Source of the DNA: an uncultured Coriobacteriia bacterium
Lineage (GTDB): Bacteria > Actinomycetota > Coriobacteriia > Anaerosomatales > PALSA-660
Direction of reading: 5' to 3'
DNA: 64,000 nucleotides
NCBI GenBank assembly: GCA_963726435.1
Contig: CAVSCJ010000004.1
Span: forward strand, 209,214-273,213
Of the stretch, positions 48,984 to 57,793 are shown piece after piece. The stretch's first letter is position 1. Every line of letters starts with the position of its first letter. Made by a program: the position numbers and the translations under genes. The notes below the pieces were generated by a model that saw nothing but the letters and a program-made list of their open reading frames with translations, was not told where the DNA came from and did no database searches.

Positions 48984-49727
48984 ATGAGTCCCGAAGTCCC
49001 CACACCCGCACCCAAGCTGTCCATGCCGCAGCTGGAAGTCCAGCAGCCTGACGAGTTCGCCACGGCTACATTCGCCATGGGTTGATTCTGGGGGCCCGAC
49101 GCCCGGTTCGGGCGCCTCGAGGGTGTCTTGCGGACGCGTGTCGGCTACTGTGGCGGGTCGACGGATTCTCCCACATACGAGCGCATCGGAGACCACAGCG
49201 AGACCGTCGAGATGGACTACGACCCGCGGGTCATCTCCTACGACGACCTGCTGGCCGAGTTCCTCACCGGGCACGACGCGCGGACGCCGTCGTACTCGAC
49301 CCAGTACCGCTCGGCCATCTTCTATCGCGACGGCTCGGAGCGGGCCGCCGCCGAGCGTGCTCTGCAGGCGGCGCGGGTCTCTCGCGGGATGGTTCACACG
49401 TCCATCGAGCCGATCCTTCGCTTCTGGATCGCGGAGGACTACCACCAGAAGTACCGGCTGCGCGGGCACGGCAGGATAGCGTCAGAGCTTCGGGCACTGA
49501 TGCCCGACGAACGCGCGTTCATAGACGCGACCTCGGCAGCGCGGCTCAACGCCTGGTTCGACGGGTGGGGCGAGGCCGCGCAGATCGAGCGGGAGCTGCC
49601 GCTCACGGGGCTGAGCCGGTCCTCCCAGGACGAGGTGCTGGCGTACGCGGGCCGAAGAGAGCATGTCCGACAGGTCCAAGCAGAACAGGAGTCCGCGCAT
49701 GCCCTACGTGGTCGAACATACAGATGA
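48984..49727 (+). CDS. msrA: peptide-methionine (S)-S-oxide reductase MsrA, candidate selenoprotein (UGA at codon 34)
   Basis: ATG 48984 (GGAGG upstream) reads ...EFATATFAMG-TGA(49083-49085)-FWGPDARFGRLEGVLRTRVGYCGGS...DYDP..ISY..LL. The TGA aligns with the catalytic Cys of the GCFWG motif. The frame is continuous with track ORF 49128..49727. Confidence 0.7.
49095..49123 (+). promoter_or_regulatory. bacterial SECIS-like hairpin downstream of the msrA UGA
   Basis: CCCGA-CGCCCG-GUU-CGGGCG-CC-UCGAGGG. Six-bp G/C upper stem, with loop G and U at +24/+25 from the U of UGA. Lower stem has a bulged A. Confidence 0.5.
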
Positions 49728-50094
49728 GGAGTGGCGGCGCCTGCTCTCCCCGGACGCCTTCCGCATCCTGCGCCTGGCCGGCACGGAACCGGCGTTCAAC
49801 AACGAGTTCTGGAACAGTCACGCTGACGGGATCTACCTGTGCGGCGGTTGCGATCGTCCCCTTTTCGACTCCGCCGACAAGTACGACTCGGGCACGGGCT
49901 GGCCGTCGTTCACGCGTCCGATCGACGACAAGGCGATCGAGACCGGCCCCGACACGCAGCTCGGCACGGAGCGCACCGAGGTGCGCTGCGCGCGCTGCGG
50001 CGGCCATCTGGGCCACGTCTTCGACGACGGGCCGGCGCCTGACGGCAAGCGCTACTGCATGAACTCGGGCGCGCTGACCTTCCAGCCGCGCTAG
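49699..50094 (+). CDS. msrB: peptide-methionine (R)-S-oxide reductase MsrB
   Basis: ATG 49699 (AGGAG upstream; alternative start ATG 49663). CGGC and CARCGGHLGHVF zinc motifs and the catalytic RYCMNS motif. Confidence 0.92.
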   Translation: MPYVVEHTDEEWRRLLSPDAFRILRLAGTEPAFNNEFWNSHADGIYLCGGCDRPLFDSADKYDSGTGWPSFTRPIDDKAIETGPDTQLGTERTEVRCARCGGHLGHVFDDGPAPDGKRYCMNSGALTFQPR

Positions 50095-50095
50095 G

Positions 50096-50770
50096 GTGCG
50101 GCCGCTCTTGGAGCTCGCCTACGGACCGGAGTCACCCGAGGTCGTCGTGCTCGCGGCCGACCCGGTCATGGCGGCCGTCACTCGCGCGATAGGCGACGTG
50201 CGCGTTGGGGTGCAGCCCGATCGCTTCGTTTCCCTTGCCAGCTCGATCGTCGGCCAGCAACTCTCCGGCGCCGCCGCGTCGACGATCTGGCGGCGCTTCG
50301 CCGCACTCGGTCCCGTCGAGCCCGCTGCGGTGCTCGGGCTGGACGATGCGGCACTGCGCGCCTGCGGGCTTTCGGGTCAGAAGGTGCGCTATCTGCGCGA
50401 CCTGGCCGAGCGAGTCCACACCGGAGACCTCGACCTCGCTTCGATGGATGTCCTGGACGATGACGCGGTGGTCGCGGAGGTCACGAGGGTCAAGGGCGTG
50501 GGCCGCTGGACCGCCGAGATGTTCCTGCTGTTCTCGCTCGCCCGTCCAGACGTGCTTGCTCTCGACGACGGCGGTCTGCTGCGAGCGGCCGGTTGGGCGC
50601 TGGAGCTCGCGCGCCCTGCGACAGGCCCGGAGCTCGCCGCGGCCGGCGAGGCGTGGCGACCCTACCGCAGCGTCGCGTCGCTCTACCTGTGGGCCTGCCT
50701 GGACAGGCGCCTGGTTCCGCGCACCGGCGCACCCGGCGGACTGACGCCGCGAGAGGCGGACGCGGGCTGA
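50096..50770 (+). CDS. DNA-3-methyladenine glycosylase II family protein (HhH-GPD, AlkA-like)
   Basis: VGQQLSGAAASTIW, HhH motif VKGVGRWTAEMFLLF, then D in ALDDGGL. Confidence 0.82.
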   Translation: MRPLLELAYGPESPEVVVLAADPVMAAVTRAIGDVRVGVQPDRFVSLASSIVGQQLSGAAASTIWRRFAALGPVEPAAVLGLDDAALRACGLSGQKVRYLRDLAERVHTGDLDLASMDVLDDDAVVAEVTRVKGVGRWTAEMFLLFSLARPDVLALDDGGLLRAAGWALELARPATGPELAAAGEAWRPYRSVASLYLWACLDRRLVPRTGAPGGLTPREADAG

Positions 50771-50778
50771 CGTCGGGT

Positions 50779-51354
50779 TCAGGCGGGGGGCGCGACCTTC
50801 GGGTGCGCCAAGCGTTGCGCGAACACGACTGCGGCGAAGGTGGCCACCATCGTCCCCAGCCATCCGAGCGCGACCATCAGCGTGAGCGAGTCGACGCGCT
50901 CCTCCACGACGCGAAGGCTGCGGCCCGCGAGCACGAAGCCGCCGGCTCCGCCCTCGACCGGCACGACGACGGCCGCGATCCGCGTGTCGCGGCGCGGTTG
51001 CCAAGTGACCCTGTTCTCGCCGCTGGTCTTCGAGGCGTCCAAGACGCCTACCGGCGGCACGGGCGTCGTGCCACCGAACCGTGCCGACGAGATGACCGGC
51101 TTCTGAGCGGCGTCGAAGACGATGATGAAGGGCGCCAGGCTCACCGACGGGTCGATCGTCTCGTTCGAGACCACCTCATCGGGCGTCTTGCCCGCTGCGA
51201 GCGCAGCGGCGACGTCGTGCGCCACCATGATCTGAGGGTCGTTGGCTCCCTGGCGATACGTCTGCTGGACGATCGCGTAGCAGATCCCGAGGACCAGAGT
51301 GCAGCCCAGGCCGAGAGGTAGCCATCTTAGTAGCGAGCGCGCGAGCAGCGACAT
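50779..51354 (-). CDS. hypothetical membrane-anchored protein
   Basis: Trimmed to ATG 51354. N- and C-terminal hydrophobic helices flank a globular region. Confidence 0.6.
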   Translation of the reverse strand: MSLLARSLLRWLPLGLGCTLVLGICYAIVQQTYRQGANDPQIMVAHDVAAALAAGKTPDEVVSNETIDPSVSLAPFIIVFDAAQKPVISSARFGGTTPVPPVGVLDASKTSGENRVTWQPRRDTRIAAVVVPVEGGAGGFVLAGRSLRVVEERVDSLTLMVALGWLGTMVATFAAVVFAQRLAHPKVAPPA

Positions 51355-51560
51355 CCGAGATCCTCTCGTTGGCCGATGAGACCATGATGCGCCCGCGGAT
51401 CCCACTCGGTGTCCTGCGGCCGCCTCTGTCACCGCGGCGTTGCCCGGCAGCCGGGCCGGTGGCTCCCGCATCGCCCGTTCGTCACGCGGGTATAGTGGGC
51501 GTGGCGCCGCCGCGGCACAGCGAAGGCGCTGTCGGGGAGCCTGTTCAGGGGAGGTGCGCG

Positions 51561-51920
51561 GTGCAGTTCACGATCTCGATCGTGATCGGGCTCGCAGCGG
51601 GTGCGATCGCATTCGCGGCGCTCAGTCGCGGGATGTCCGCGAAGGCGGCCTTGCCGGCCAAGCCGACTCCGCTCGGCTGGACCGCGTACGGCGCGGGCAT
51701 TCTCGCGCTGGCGGCACTGGTGCTCATGATGGCGGGTTCCGGTTTCCGATTCGCCGTCCAAGCTTCCATCGGGCTGACGGCCGCGGCCATGTTGCTCAGT
51801 ATCGGCGCTCTTGTGAAGCGCGACCGGCGCTGGCCGACCTGGGTCGGGTTCGGGGCCTGCATGGTGTCCGGGCTCTTCTGGATCCTGTTCGTGGCCGGCG
51901 AGTTCACCAACCCGCACTAG
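51561..51920 (+). CDS. hypothetical small 4-TM membrane protein
   Basis: GTG 51561 with GGGAGGTG upstream, within ORF 51369..51920. Confidence 0.55.
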   Translation: MQFTISIVIGLAAGAIAFAALSRGMSAKAALPAKPTPLGWTAYGAGILALAALVLMMAGSGFRFAVQASIGLTAAAMLLSIGALVKRDRRWPTWVGFGACMVSGLFWILFVAGEFTNPH

Positions 51921-52007
51921 TCCGGCTGGCCCGTTCATGACAGCCCGAAGCACACAGAGCCGCCCGCTCGGGTGGTTCCGGGGTTGCGCTCGACGGCTGC
52001 CGCCGGG

Positions 52008-52580
52008 CTAGTACGGCTCGACGAACACCTCGTAGTAGGCCTGCGGGTGCTTGCACGCCGGGCACACGAGAGGCGCGCTCGTGCCCTCGTGGACGTATCC
52101 GCAGTTGCGGCACTTCCAGCGGATCGGCGCGTCCTTGGTGAAGACGCGTCCCGCCTCGACGTTGGCCAGCAGCTTCCGGTAGCGCTTCTCGTGCTTCTCC
52201 TCCACCTCGGCTATCTCGCGGAAGGAGGTCGCCACGTCGGCGAACCCCTCGCTCTCGGCGACCGCTGCGAAGTCGGGGTACAGGGTGCCCCACTCCAGCT
52301 TCTCGCCCTCGGCTGCGGCCAGAAGGTTCTCGGCGGTCGTGCCGATGCGCCCGGCCGGATAGGTGGCCGTGATCTCGGCGTCACCGCCCTCGAGGTGGCA
52401 GAAGAAGACCTTGGCGTGCTCCTTCTCGTTCTCGGCCGTCTCCATGAACAGAGCCGAGATCTGCTCGAAGCCCTCCTTCTTCGCCGCGCTCGAGAAGTAC
52501 CAGTAGCGGTTCCGCGCCTGGCTCTCGCCCGCGAACGCCTTGAGCAGGTTCGATTCGGTCTTGGTGCCCTTGATGGTCAT
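52008..52580 (-). CDS. rbr: rubrerythrin
   Basis: 190-aa ORF. Diiron four-helix motifs (ESQARNRY, ENEKEHAK, EGEKLEW, EEKHEKRY) and a C-terminal rubredoxin CRNCG...CPAC. Confidence 0.95.
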   Translation of the reverse strand: MTIKGTKTESNLLKAFAGESQARNRYWYFSSAAKKEGFEQISALFMETAENEKEHAKVFFCHLEGGDAEITATYPAGRIGTTAENLLAAAEGEKLEWGTLYPDFAAVAESEGFADVATSFREIAEVEEKHEKRYRKLLANVEAGRVFTKDAPIRWKCRNCGYVHEGTSAPLVCPACKHPQAYYEVFVEPY

Positions 52581-52695
52581 GATCTCCTCCGGTGGATCCG
52601 TTCGGCGCGCGTACGTCTAGGAGATACCCGTCGGCCTCCGCAGTGTCACGGTGCATGCCTCGCGGTATCCTTGTGCGGAGCGAAAGGGTCCTCGC

Positions 52696-53424
52696 ATGAC
52701 AGCCCCTCTGAGAGTTGCTCTTTCGATACTGAAATGGGCCGGCATCACGCTGCTGGCCCTGCTCGTTCTGCTCGTTGTCGGTTTCGTAGTCGTGCCGCCG
52801 CTGACGCGGAGCTTCACGGACCGCTGGGGAGCGACCGACGCCGAGGTCGCGGAGACGCTCCCCGGCGACGAATGGGTCGAAGAGCCGCTGCAGTCCGCCA
52901 CCCGCGCGATCACGATAGACGCGCCCGCTGAGATCGTGAACGCGCTCGTCCGCCAGCAGGGCTACAAGCGCGGCGGGTGGCACGGGTGGGACTGGTTCTA
53001 CAAGGCCACCGGCTCGGATGACTTCGTGGACGGGCACTACTCGACCCGGGTCGTCGCCGAGCTGCAGACGATCGCGGTCGGCGACAAGGTCTACATCAAC
53101 TCCGCGGTGAGCTACCTTGTGGCCATCGACGACAAACCGGGAGTCTTCGCGCTCTACAGCGGCTCGGGACCGGATGGCCGCGCGCTGGACGCGAGCCAGT
53201 CTGCGCAGGCGACCCGGGCCTCGACCAGCTGGGTGTGGGTGGCCCGCTCCGAGGGCCAGGACCGCACCCGGCTCATCCTCCGGATCCGGGGCGACATGCG
53301 CGGGCAGGGGGCGTTCGTAGCTTGGCTCTTCGACAACCCCCTCGATTTCGGCGGCGCGCTGTTCGCGAACAAGACGCTGCGCGGCATCAAGGCGACCGCC
53401 GAAGCGCTCGCCGTGGCGAAGTAG
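52696..53424 (+). CDS. membrane-anchored SRPBCC-like hypothetical protein
   Basis: ATG 52696. N-terminal TM followed by a START/SRPBCC-like globular domain (weak recognition). Confidence 0.55.
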   Translation: MTAPLRVALSILKWAGITLLALLVLLVVGFVVVPPLTRSFTDRWGATDAEVAETLPGDEWVEEPLQSATRAITIDAPAEIVNALVRQQGYKRGGWHGWDWFYKATGSDDFVDGHYSTRVVAELQTIAVGDKVYINSAVSYLVAIDDKPGVFALYSGSGPDGRALDASQSAQATRASTSWVWVARSEGQDRTRLILRIRGDMRGQGAFVAWLFDNPLDFGGALFANKTLRGIKATAEALAVAK

Positions 53425-53430
53425 GGCGCG

Positions 53431-54537
53431 GTGGCCGCTCAGTCATCCGGCGCGCCCGCATCCGAAACGCCCACGCTCGACGGGCTCGGGTTCGACCTCT
53501 TCCGCTCGGCCTTCGCGGAGCACGTCGCCCAGGGCCTCGAGCCGGCCCGCGTCATTCGCACGATCCGCGGGCATCTCTGGGTCGCCACGGAGTCCGAGGT
53601 GATGCGGGTGAGCCCGATCGGCAACCTCATGGGCGGGGGCGAGCCGGGCTCCTTCCCGGTGGTCGGCGACTGGGTGGGCGTGCGCCCGGGTGACGGGCAG
53701 TCGTCACCGATGGTCGAGGCCCTTGTGCCGCGGCGGACGTGCTTCATGCGCCGCGATCCGGGCAAGGCCGCAGTGGCGCAGGTGCTGGCGGCCAACATCG
53801 ACGTCGTGTTCATCGTCGACGGCCTGGACCGCGGCCCCAATCTGAGAAGGATCGAGCGCGAACTCGCGCTGGCCTACGAGAGCGGCGCGGTGCCCGTGGT
53901 CGTTCTCTCCAAGTCCGACCTGGCGGATGACCGGGACGCCGCCGTCGCCGCCGTGACCTCGATCGCCCCGGGCGTCGAAGTGCTGCTGGAAAGCGCCGAG
54001 ACGGGAGAGGGGCTCGCCGATCTTACGACCTACACCTCGGGAGACCGGACCGTCGCGCTCATCGGGCCGTCGGGCGCGGGCAAGTCCACGCTCATCAACC
54101 GGCTAGTCGGCGGCGACCTCCAGAGTGTCGGCGAGGTGCGCGCGTTCGACGGCAAGGGCCGGCACACCACCGTGACCCGCGAGTTGATCGCTCTGCCCTG
54201 CGGCGGCGCGCTCTTGGACACGCCGGGACTGCGCTCGATCGCCATGTGGGACGACGAGGAGGGTGTCGACTCCACCTTCGCCGAGATCGCGGGTCTGGCT
54301 ACGGGCTGTCGCTTCGACGACTGCTCCCACGAGTCCGAGCCGGGGTGCGCGGTGCTCGAAGCGTTGGAGGCGGGCGAGTTGGACGCGGCCCGCTACGACG
54401 CCTACGTCGCGCTTCGCCGGGAGACGGCGTTCTACGCCAGCCAGAGCGACGCGCGCCTGCGCGCGGCCAGCAAGGGACGCTGGAAGGCGATCGCCAAGGC
54501 GCGTCGCGAGCTCAACCGCAACGGGGACGGCAAGTAG
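53431..54537 (+). CDS. rsgA: ribosome small-subunit-dependent GTPase A
   Basis: GPSGAGKSTLINRL, HTTVTREL, DTPGLRS and the CRFDDCSHESEPGCAV zinc knuckle. Confidence 0.93.
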   Translation: MAAQSSGAPASETPTLDGLGFDLFRSAFAEHVAQGLEPARVIRTIRGHLWVATESEVMRVSPIGNLMGGGEPGSFPVVGDWVGVRPGDGQSSPMVEALVPRRTCFMRRDPGKAAVAQVLAANIDVVFIVDGLDRGPNLRRIERELALAYESGAVPVVVLSKSDLADDRDAAVAAVTSIAPGVEVLLESAETGEGLADLTTYTSGDRTVALIGPSGAGKSTLINRLVGGDLQSVGEVRAFDGKGRHTTVTRELIALPCGGALLDTPGLRSIAMWDDEEGVDSTFAEIAGLATGCRFDDCSHESEPGCAVLEALEAGELDAARYDAYVALRRETAFYASQSDARLRAASKGRWKAIAKARRELNRNGDGK

Positions 54538-54554
54538 GGAGGGCGGCCGGGGCG

Positions 54555-54773
54555 CTACCGCCTCGAGCGCTGCGCCTCAACGATGGCGCCAAGCACGACG
54601 CCGAGCGCCGCGCCGATGACGAGCCCCCACGTCAGGTCGCCCATCATCGTGCCGAAGAGCAGCCCGAGCGCGGCGCCCAGGGCGATCGACGTTCCCATGT
54701 TCATATAGCCGGACGGTCTGCGGTCCGGCTCCGCCGGCGGCGTTGAGTCGCTGGCAGGGCGTTCCTGGCTCAA
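54555..54773 (-). CDS. small glycine-zipper membrane protein
   Basis: 72-aa ORF with a GxxxG-rich hydrophobic core (GAALGLLFGTMMGDLTWGLVIGAALGVVLGA). Confidence 0.5.
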   Translation of the reverse strand: MSQERPASDSTPPAEPDRRPSGYMNMGTSIALGAALGLLFGTMMGDLTWGLVIGAALGVVLGAIVEAQRSRR

Positions 54774-54860
54774 GCGGATCCCCCTCTCTCCTCAACGGGG
54801 AGGATTCGACACCCGCGCGCCCGACCCTGTCGCGCCGCGAAAAGAAATCGAGATCGGGTG

Positions 54861-54888
54861 TTGACTAGTGCGAACTTCGTAGTAGTAT
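54861..54888 (+). promoter_or_regulatory. promoter candidate for the padR operon
   Basis: TTGACT (54861-54866), 16 nt spacer, TAGTAT (54883-54888), in the most AT-rich patch of the window. GTAGTAGTA repeats overlap the -10. Confidence 0.5.
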
Positions 54889-54984
54889 GCAACTGGGCTA
54901 GTGGTACCTTCACAATAGAAGCGAGTACAGAATACCGACCGGAAGCCGCACGCGGCGACCGGAGACGAGGCAAGGAGGTGGGTC

Positions 54985-55356
54985 GTGGACGTCGCAGACG
55001 AAGTCATGCTCCGCAAGTTCCAGAAGGAGCTGAACTCAGGGACCGTCTCGCTCATCTTGCTGGCCATCCTCGACCGCTCGGGAGAGCCGCTCTACGGCTA
55101 CCAGATCGCCAAGAGCATCGAGGGGAACTGGCAGGAGGGTGCGCCGGTCAAGCAGGGAACGCTCTACCCGGTCCTGCGCTCCATGGAGGAGAGCGGGCTG
55201 CTGGGAAGCCGCGTGGAACCGAGCGTCTCGGGTCCCCCGCGCAAGTACTACACGATCACGGACCGGGGACGGGCCGTGCTCACCGACTGGATGTCGGCCT
55301 GGTCGCAGACTCGCGACTTCGTCGACAAGACTCTGGAGGGGAGGAACGGTGCCTGA
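54985..55356 (+). CDS. PadR-family transcriptional regulator
   Basis: LLAILDRSGEPLYGYQIAK...GTLYPVLRSMEESGLL...RKYYTITDRG. Confidence 0.92.
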   Translation: MDVADEVMLRKFQKELNSGTVSLILLAILDRSGEPLYGYQIAKSIEGNWQEGAPVKQGTLYPVLRSMEESGLLGSRVEPSVSGPPRKYYTITDRGRAVLTDWMSAWSQTRDFVDKTLEGRNGA

Positions 55357-56242
55357 CACCATCGAGGCCTATCTGGCCGAACTCAGGACGGCGCTTGCGG
55401 GCGCCGATCCGGCACTCGTACAGGATGCCGTCTACGACGCGGAGGAGTACCTCCGCAGTGCCGTCGCCGAAGGCGGAGGCACGCAGGAAGCCGTGGCGAG
55501 CGCCATAGACGCCTACGGCACTCCGGCCGAGATCGCGTCGGCCTACCGCGAGACCGAGCGCACCGTCGCCGCGGCCCTTCGCCGGCCAGCGCCGGTGAAG
55601 TCGGGAAACGCATTCGCGCGGTTCTTCGGGGTCATCGCGGACCCGAGTGCGTGGGGCGCGCTGTTCTACATGATCCTGTCGCTCGCCACGGGCATCATCT
55701 ACTTCACCGTGGTGGTCACGGGGCTGTCGCTTTCGCTGAGCATGATGATCCTGATCGTCGGCGTGCCGATCGCGCTTCTGTTCCTCGGAGCGGTCCGGGC
55801 CATCTCGCTCGCTGAGGGGCGGATCGTCGAAGGCCTGCTGGGTCAGCGCATGCCGCGCCGCCCCCGCAACGCGGTCGTCGCGGACGGGACGTTCTGGGGC
55901 CGGCTGAAGAGCTGGTTCTCCGACTACCGCACCTGGACGACGATGCTCTACATGGCGCTGATGATGCCGCTGGGCATCGCGTACTTCACGGTGGTCGTCA
56001 CCGCGCTCGCCATGTCGGTCACGGTGTTCGCGGCGCCGATCGTGCAGTGGATCGTCAACACCCCGATCATCCGCAGCGGGCAGTGGGGCTACTGGATCGA
56101 GCCGTGGGGCGCGCCCTTCTTCTTCGCAGGCGGCATTCTCGGATTCCTGGCGACGATGTGGCTCGCGAAGGGCGTGGGCTACCTGCACGGGATGTTCGCA
56201 AAGGTGATGTTGGTCGGACGGTTCGAGGGAGGTTCGCAATGA
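55349..56242 (+). CDS. PadR-associated membrane protein (HAAS/DUF1700-like N-terminus plus two putative-sensor TM modules)
   Basis: GTG 55349 overlaps the padR end. IEAYLAELRTAL... followed by two repeats of the hydrophobic module (YFTVVVTGLSLSL / YFTVVVTALAMSV). Confidence 0.75.
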   Translation: MPDTIEAYLAELRTALAGADPALVQDAVYDAEEYLRSAVAEGGGTQEAVASAIDAYGTPAEIASAYRETERTVAAALRRPAPVKSGNAFARFFGVIADPSAWGALFYMILSLATGIIYFTVVVTGLSLSLSMMILIVGVPIALLFLGAVRAISLAEGRIVEGLLGQRMPRRPRNAVVADGTFWGRLKSWFSDYRTWTTMLYMALMMPLGIAYFTVVVTALAMSVTVFAAPIVQWIVNTPIIRSGQWGYWIEPWGAPFFFAGGILGFLATMWLAKGVGYLHGMFAKVMLVGRFEGGSQ

Positions 56243-56988
56243 GAAGGGCACTCACAGCCGTGGCGGCTGTGGTTCTTGGACTGGCGCTGCTCGCCGGCGC
56301 CGCCGGATGCACCCGGGTCGCTCTGCAGGACCTTCCGCAGACCCGGACGGAGACGCTGAACAAGACCGTAGCGCTCGAGGGCGCGACGCAGCTGAAGACG
56401 GAGCTCGCGATGGGCGTCGGGGAGTTGACGGTATCCGGTCTGGAGACTTCGGGAACGGCGATGACAGGAGAGTTCGTCTACTCGCCGTCGAACTGGAAGC
56501 CCGAGGTCAGCTACAACACGGCCGGCGGCGTCGGGACGCTGGCGATCCGCCAGCCCTCGCACTCCAACGTCCAGCTGTTCGAACGCGTGAAGAACACTTG
56601 GGACGTGCGCTTGGCCAAGGGCGTCCCGACCGACCTGAAGATGACTCTCGGCGTCGGCAAGAGCTCGGTGGACCTGCGCGGGATCGATCTGACTTCGCTG
56701 GATGTGGTCAGCGGCGTCGGGGACACGACGATAGACCTCTCCGGAGCGCGGACCACGGGCTTCACAGCCAACGTCGAGAGCGGTGTCGGCAAGCTCACGT
56801 TGCGCCTGCCGAGGTCGGTTGGCGCCAGGGTTGTCGGCGGCAAGGACGGGATCGGCGAATTCACAGCCGATGGCGTCACCGTCCACAGCGACAGCTGGGT
56901 CAACGACGCGTGGAGTGGGAGCGGCCCGAAGATCGACATCGCGCTGAGTCGCGGCGTCGGCGCGGTCGAGATCCTGCTCGTCGACTAG
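56239..56988 (+). CDS. lipoprotein, toast-rack / LiaF-C-terminal-like beta-repeat protein
   Basis: ATG 56239 (ATGA overlap). Lipobox LLAGAAGC. Repeated GVG-x-L/V beta-strand motifs. Confidence 0.7.
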   Translation: MRRALTAVAAVVLGLALLAGAAGCTRVALQDLPQTRTETLNKTVALEGATQLKTELAMGVGELTVSGLETSGTAMTGEFVYSPSNWKPEVSYNTAGGVGTLAIRQPSHSNVQLFERVKNTWDVRLAKGVPTDLKMTLGVGKSSVDLRGIDLTSLDVVSGVGDTTIDLSGARTTGFTANVESGVGKLTLRLPRSVGARVVGGKDGIGEFTADGVTVHSDSWVNDAWSGSGPKIDIALSRGVGAVEILLVD

Positions 56989-57029
56989 ACATCTGAAAGC
57001 CTCACGAGGGGCGAAAGGGCGTGTGAAGG

Positions 57030-57311
57030 ATGTACCACATGTGGGTGCCGTTCGGATTCGGTTTCGCAGGTCTCGGGCTGCTCGCGGCCGTGACCGCCGC
57101 CGCCTACCCGGTGTTCGTGGTCTGGATGATCATCGACGCCTTGCTGCGTACCGACGCCGAGTATCCGGGCACCGAGACCAACCGCAAGATCCTGTGGGTC
57201 GTGCTGATGATCCTGTTCCATGTAGTGTCGATCGCCTACTTCTTCGTGGTGTTCCTGAAGATCAAGCGCGGCTCGCTCCAAGCGCCGTACTGCCCGCCGC
57301 CCGCCGCGTAG
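57030..57311 (+). CDS. PLDc_N-domain small membrane protein
   Basis: 93-aa ORF. VWMIIDAL....K.LWVVLMILF pattern typical of the PLD-nuclease N-terminal domain family. Confidence 0.7.
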   Translation: MYHMWVPFGFGFAGLGLLAAVTAAAYPVFVVWMIIDALLRTDAEYPGTETNRKILWVVLMILFHVVSIAYFFVVFLKIKRGSLQAPYCPPPAA

Positions 57312-57326
57312 CGGCTTGGCGAGAGG

Positions 57327-57358
57327 CGGCCCCGCGTCCGGAAGCGGATGCGGGGCCG
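57327..57358. terminator. bidirectional hairpin terminator candidate between convergent genes
   Basis: CGGCCCCGC...GCGGGGCCG, a 9-bp stem enclosing an inner UCCG-GAAG-CGGA hairpin. Confidence 0.5.
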
Positions 57359-57385
57359 CTGTACGTTTGCGGGAGGCGCCTGGGG

Positions 57386-57754
57386 CTACCCGATCCAGCC
57401 GAGCAGCGCCGCGGCGACGATGAGCGCGTCGATGATCGGGTTGGCGATGAAGTCCTTGTGCCACAGCACCGCCGTGATGGCGACCGAGAGCACGGATGCC
57501 AGCACCGCGGCCGGCACCCAGACGCCCGCCAGGACCGGCACGCCCCACACTCCGAGGGCGGCGACGGCGTATCCGAGGAAGAGCAGCGCGATCACTGCCG
57601 TCCCGGGTCCGCGCAACTTCTCCGCGGGGACCGAGGGCATCAGCGGCGACTTCCACCGGAATGGCCACTTGGGGTCCTCAGGCTCCGGCATGAGCCACAT
57701 GAAGTGGACGGCTCCGTGCGCGAGCAGCAAGGCGCCGAACAGGAATCGCAGCAT
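57386..57754 (-). CDS. hypothetical 4-TM membrane protein
   Basis: 122-aa ORF, hydrophobic throughout, with high GC3. Confidence 0.6.
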   Translation of the reverse strand: MLRFLFGALLLAHGAVHFMWLMPEPEDPKWPFRWKSPLMPSVPAEKLRGPGTAVIALLFLGYAVAALGVWGVPVLAGVWVPAAVLASVLSVAITAVLWHKDFIANPIIDALIVAAALLGWIG

Positions 57755-57793
57755 CGGAGTCTCCCTCGTGTGGTCCGGGCGGACGTCACGAGT

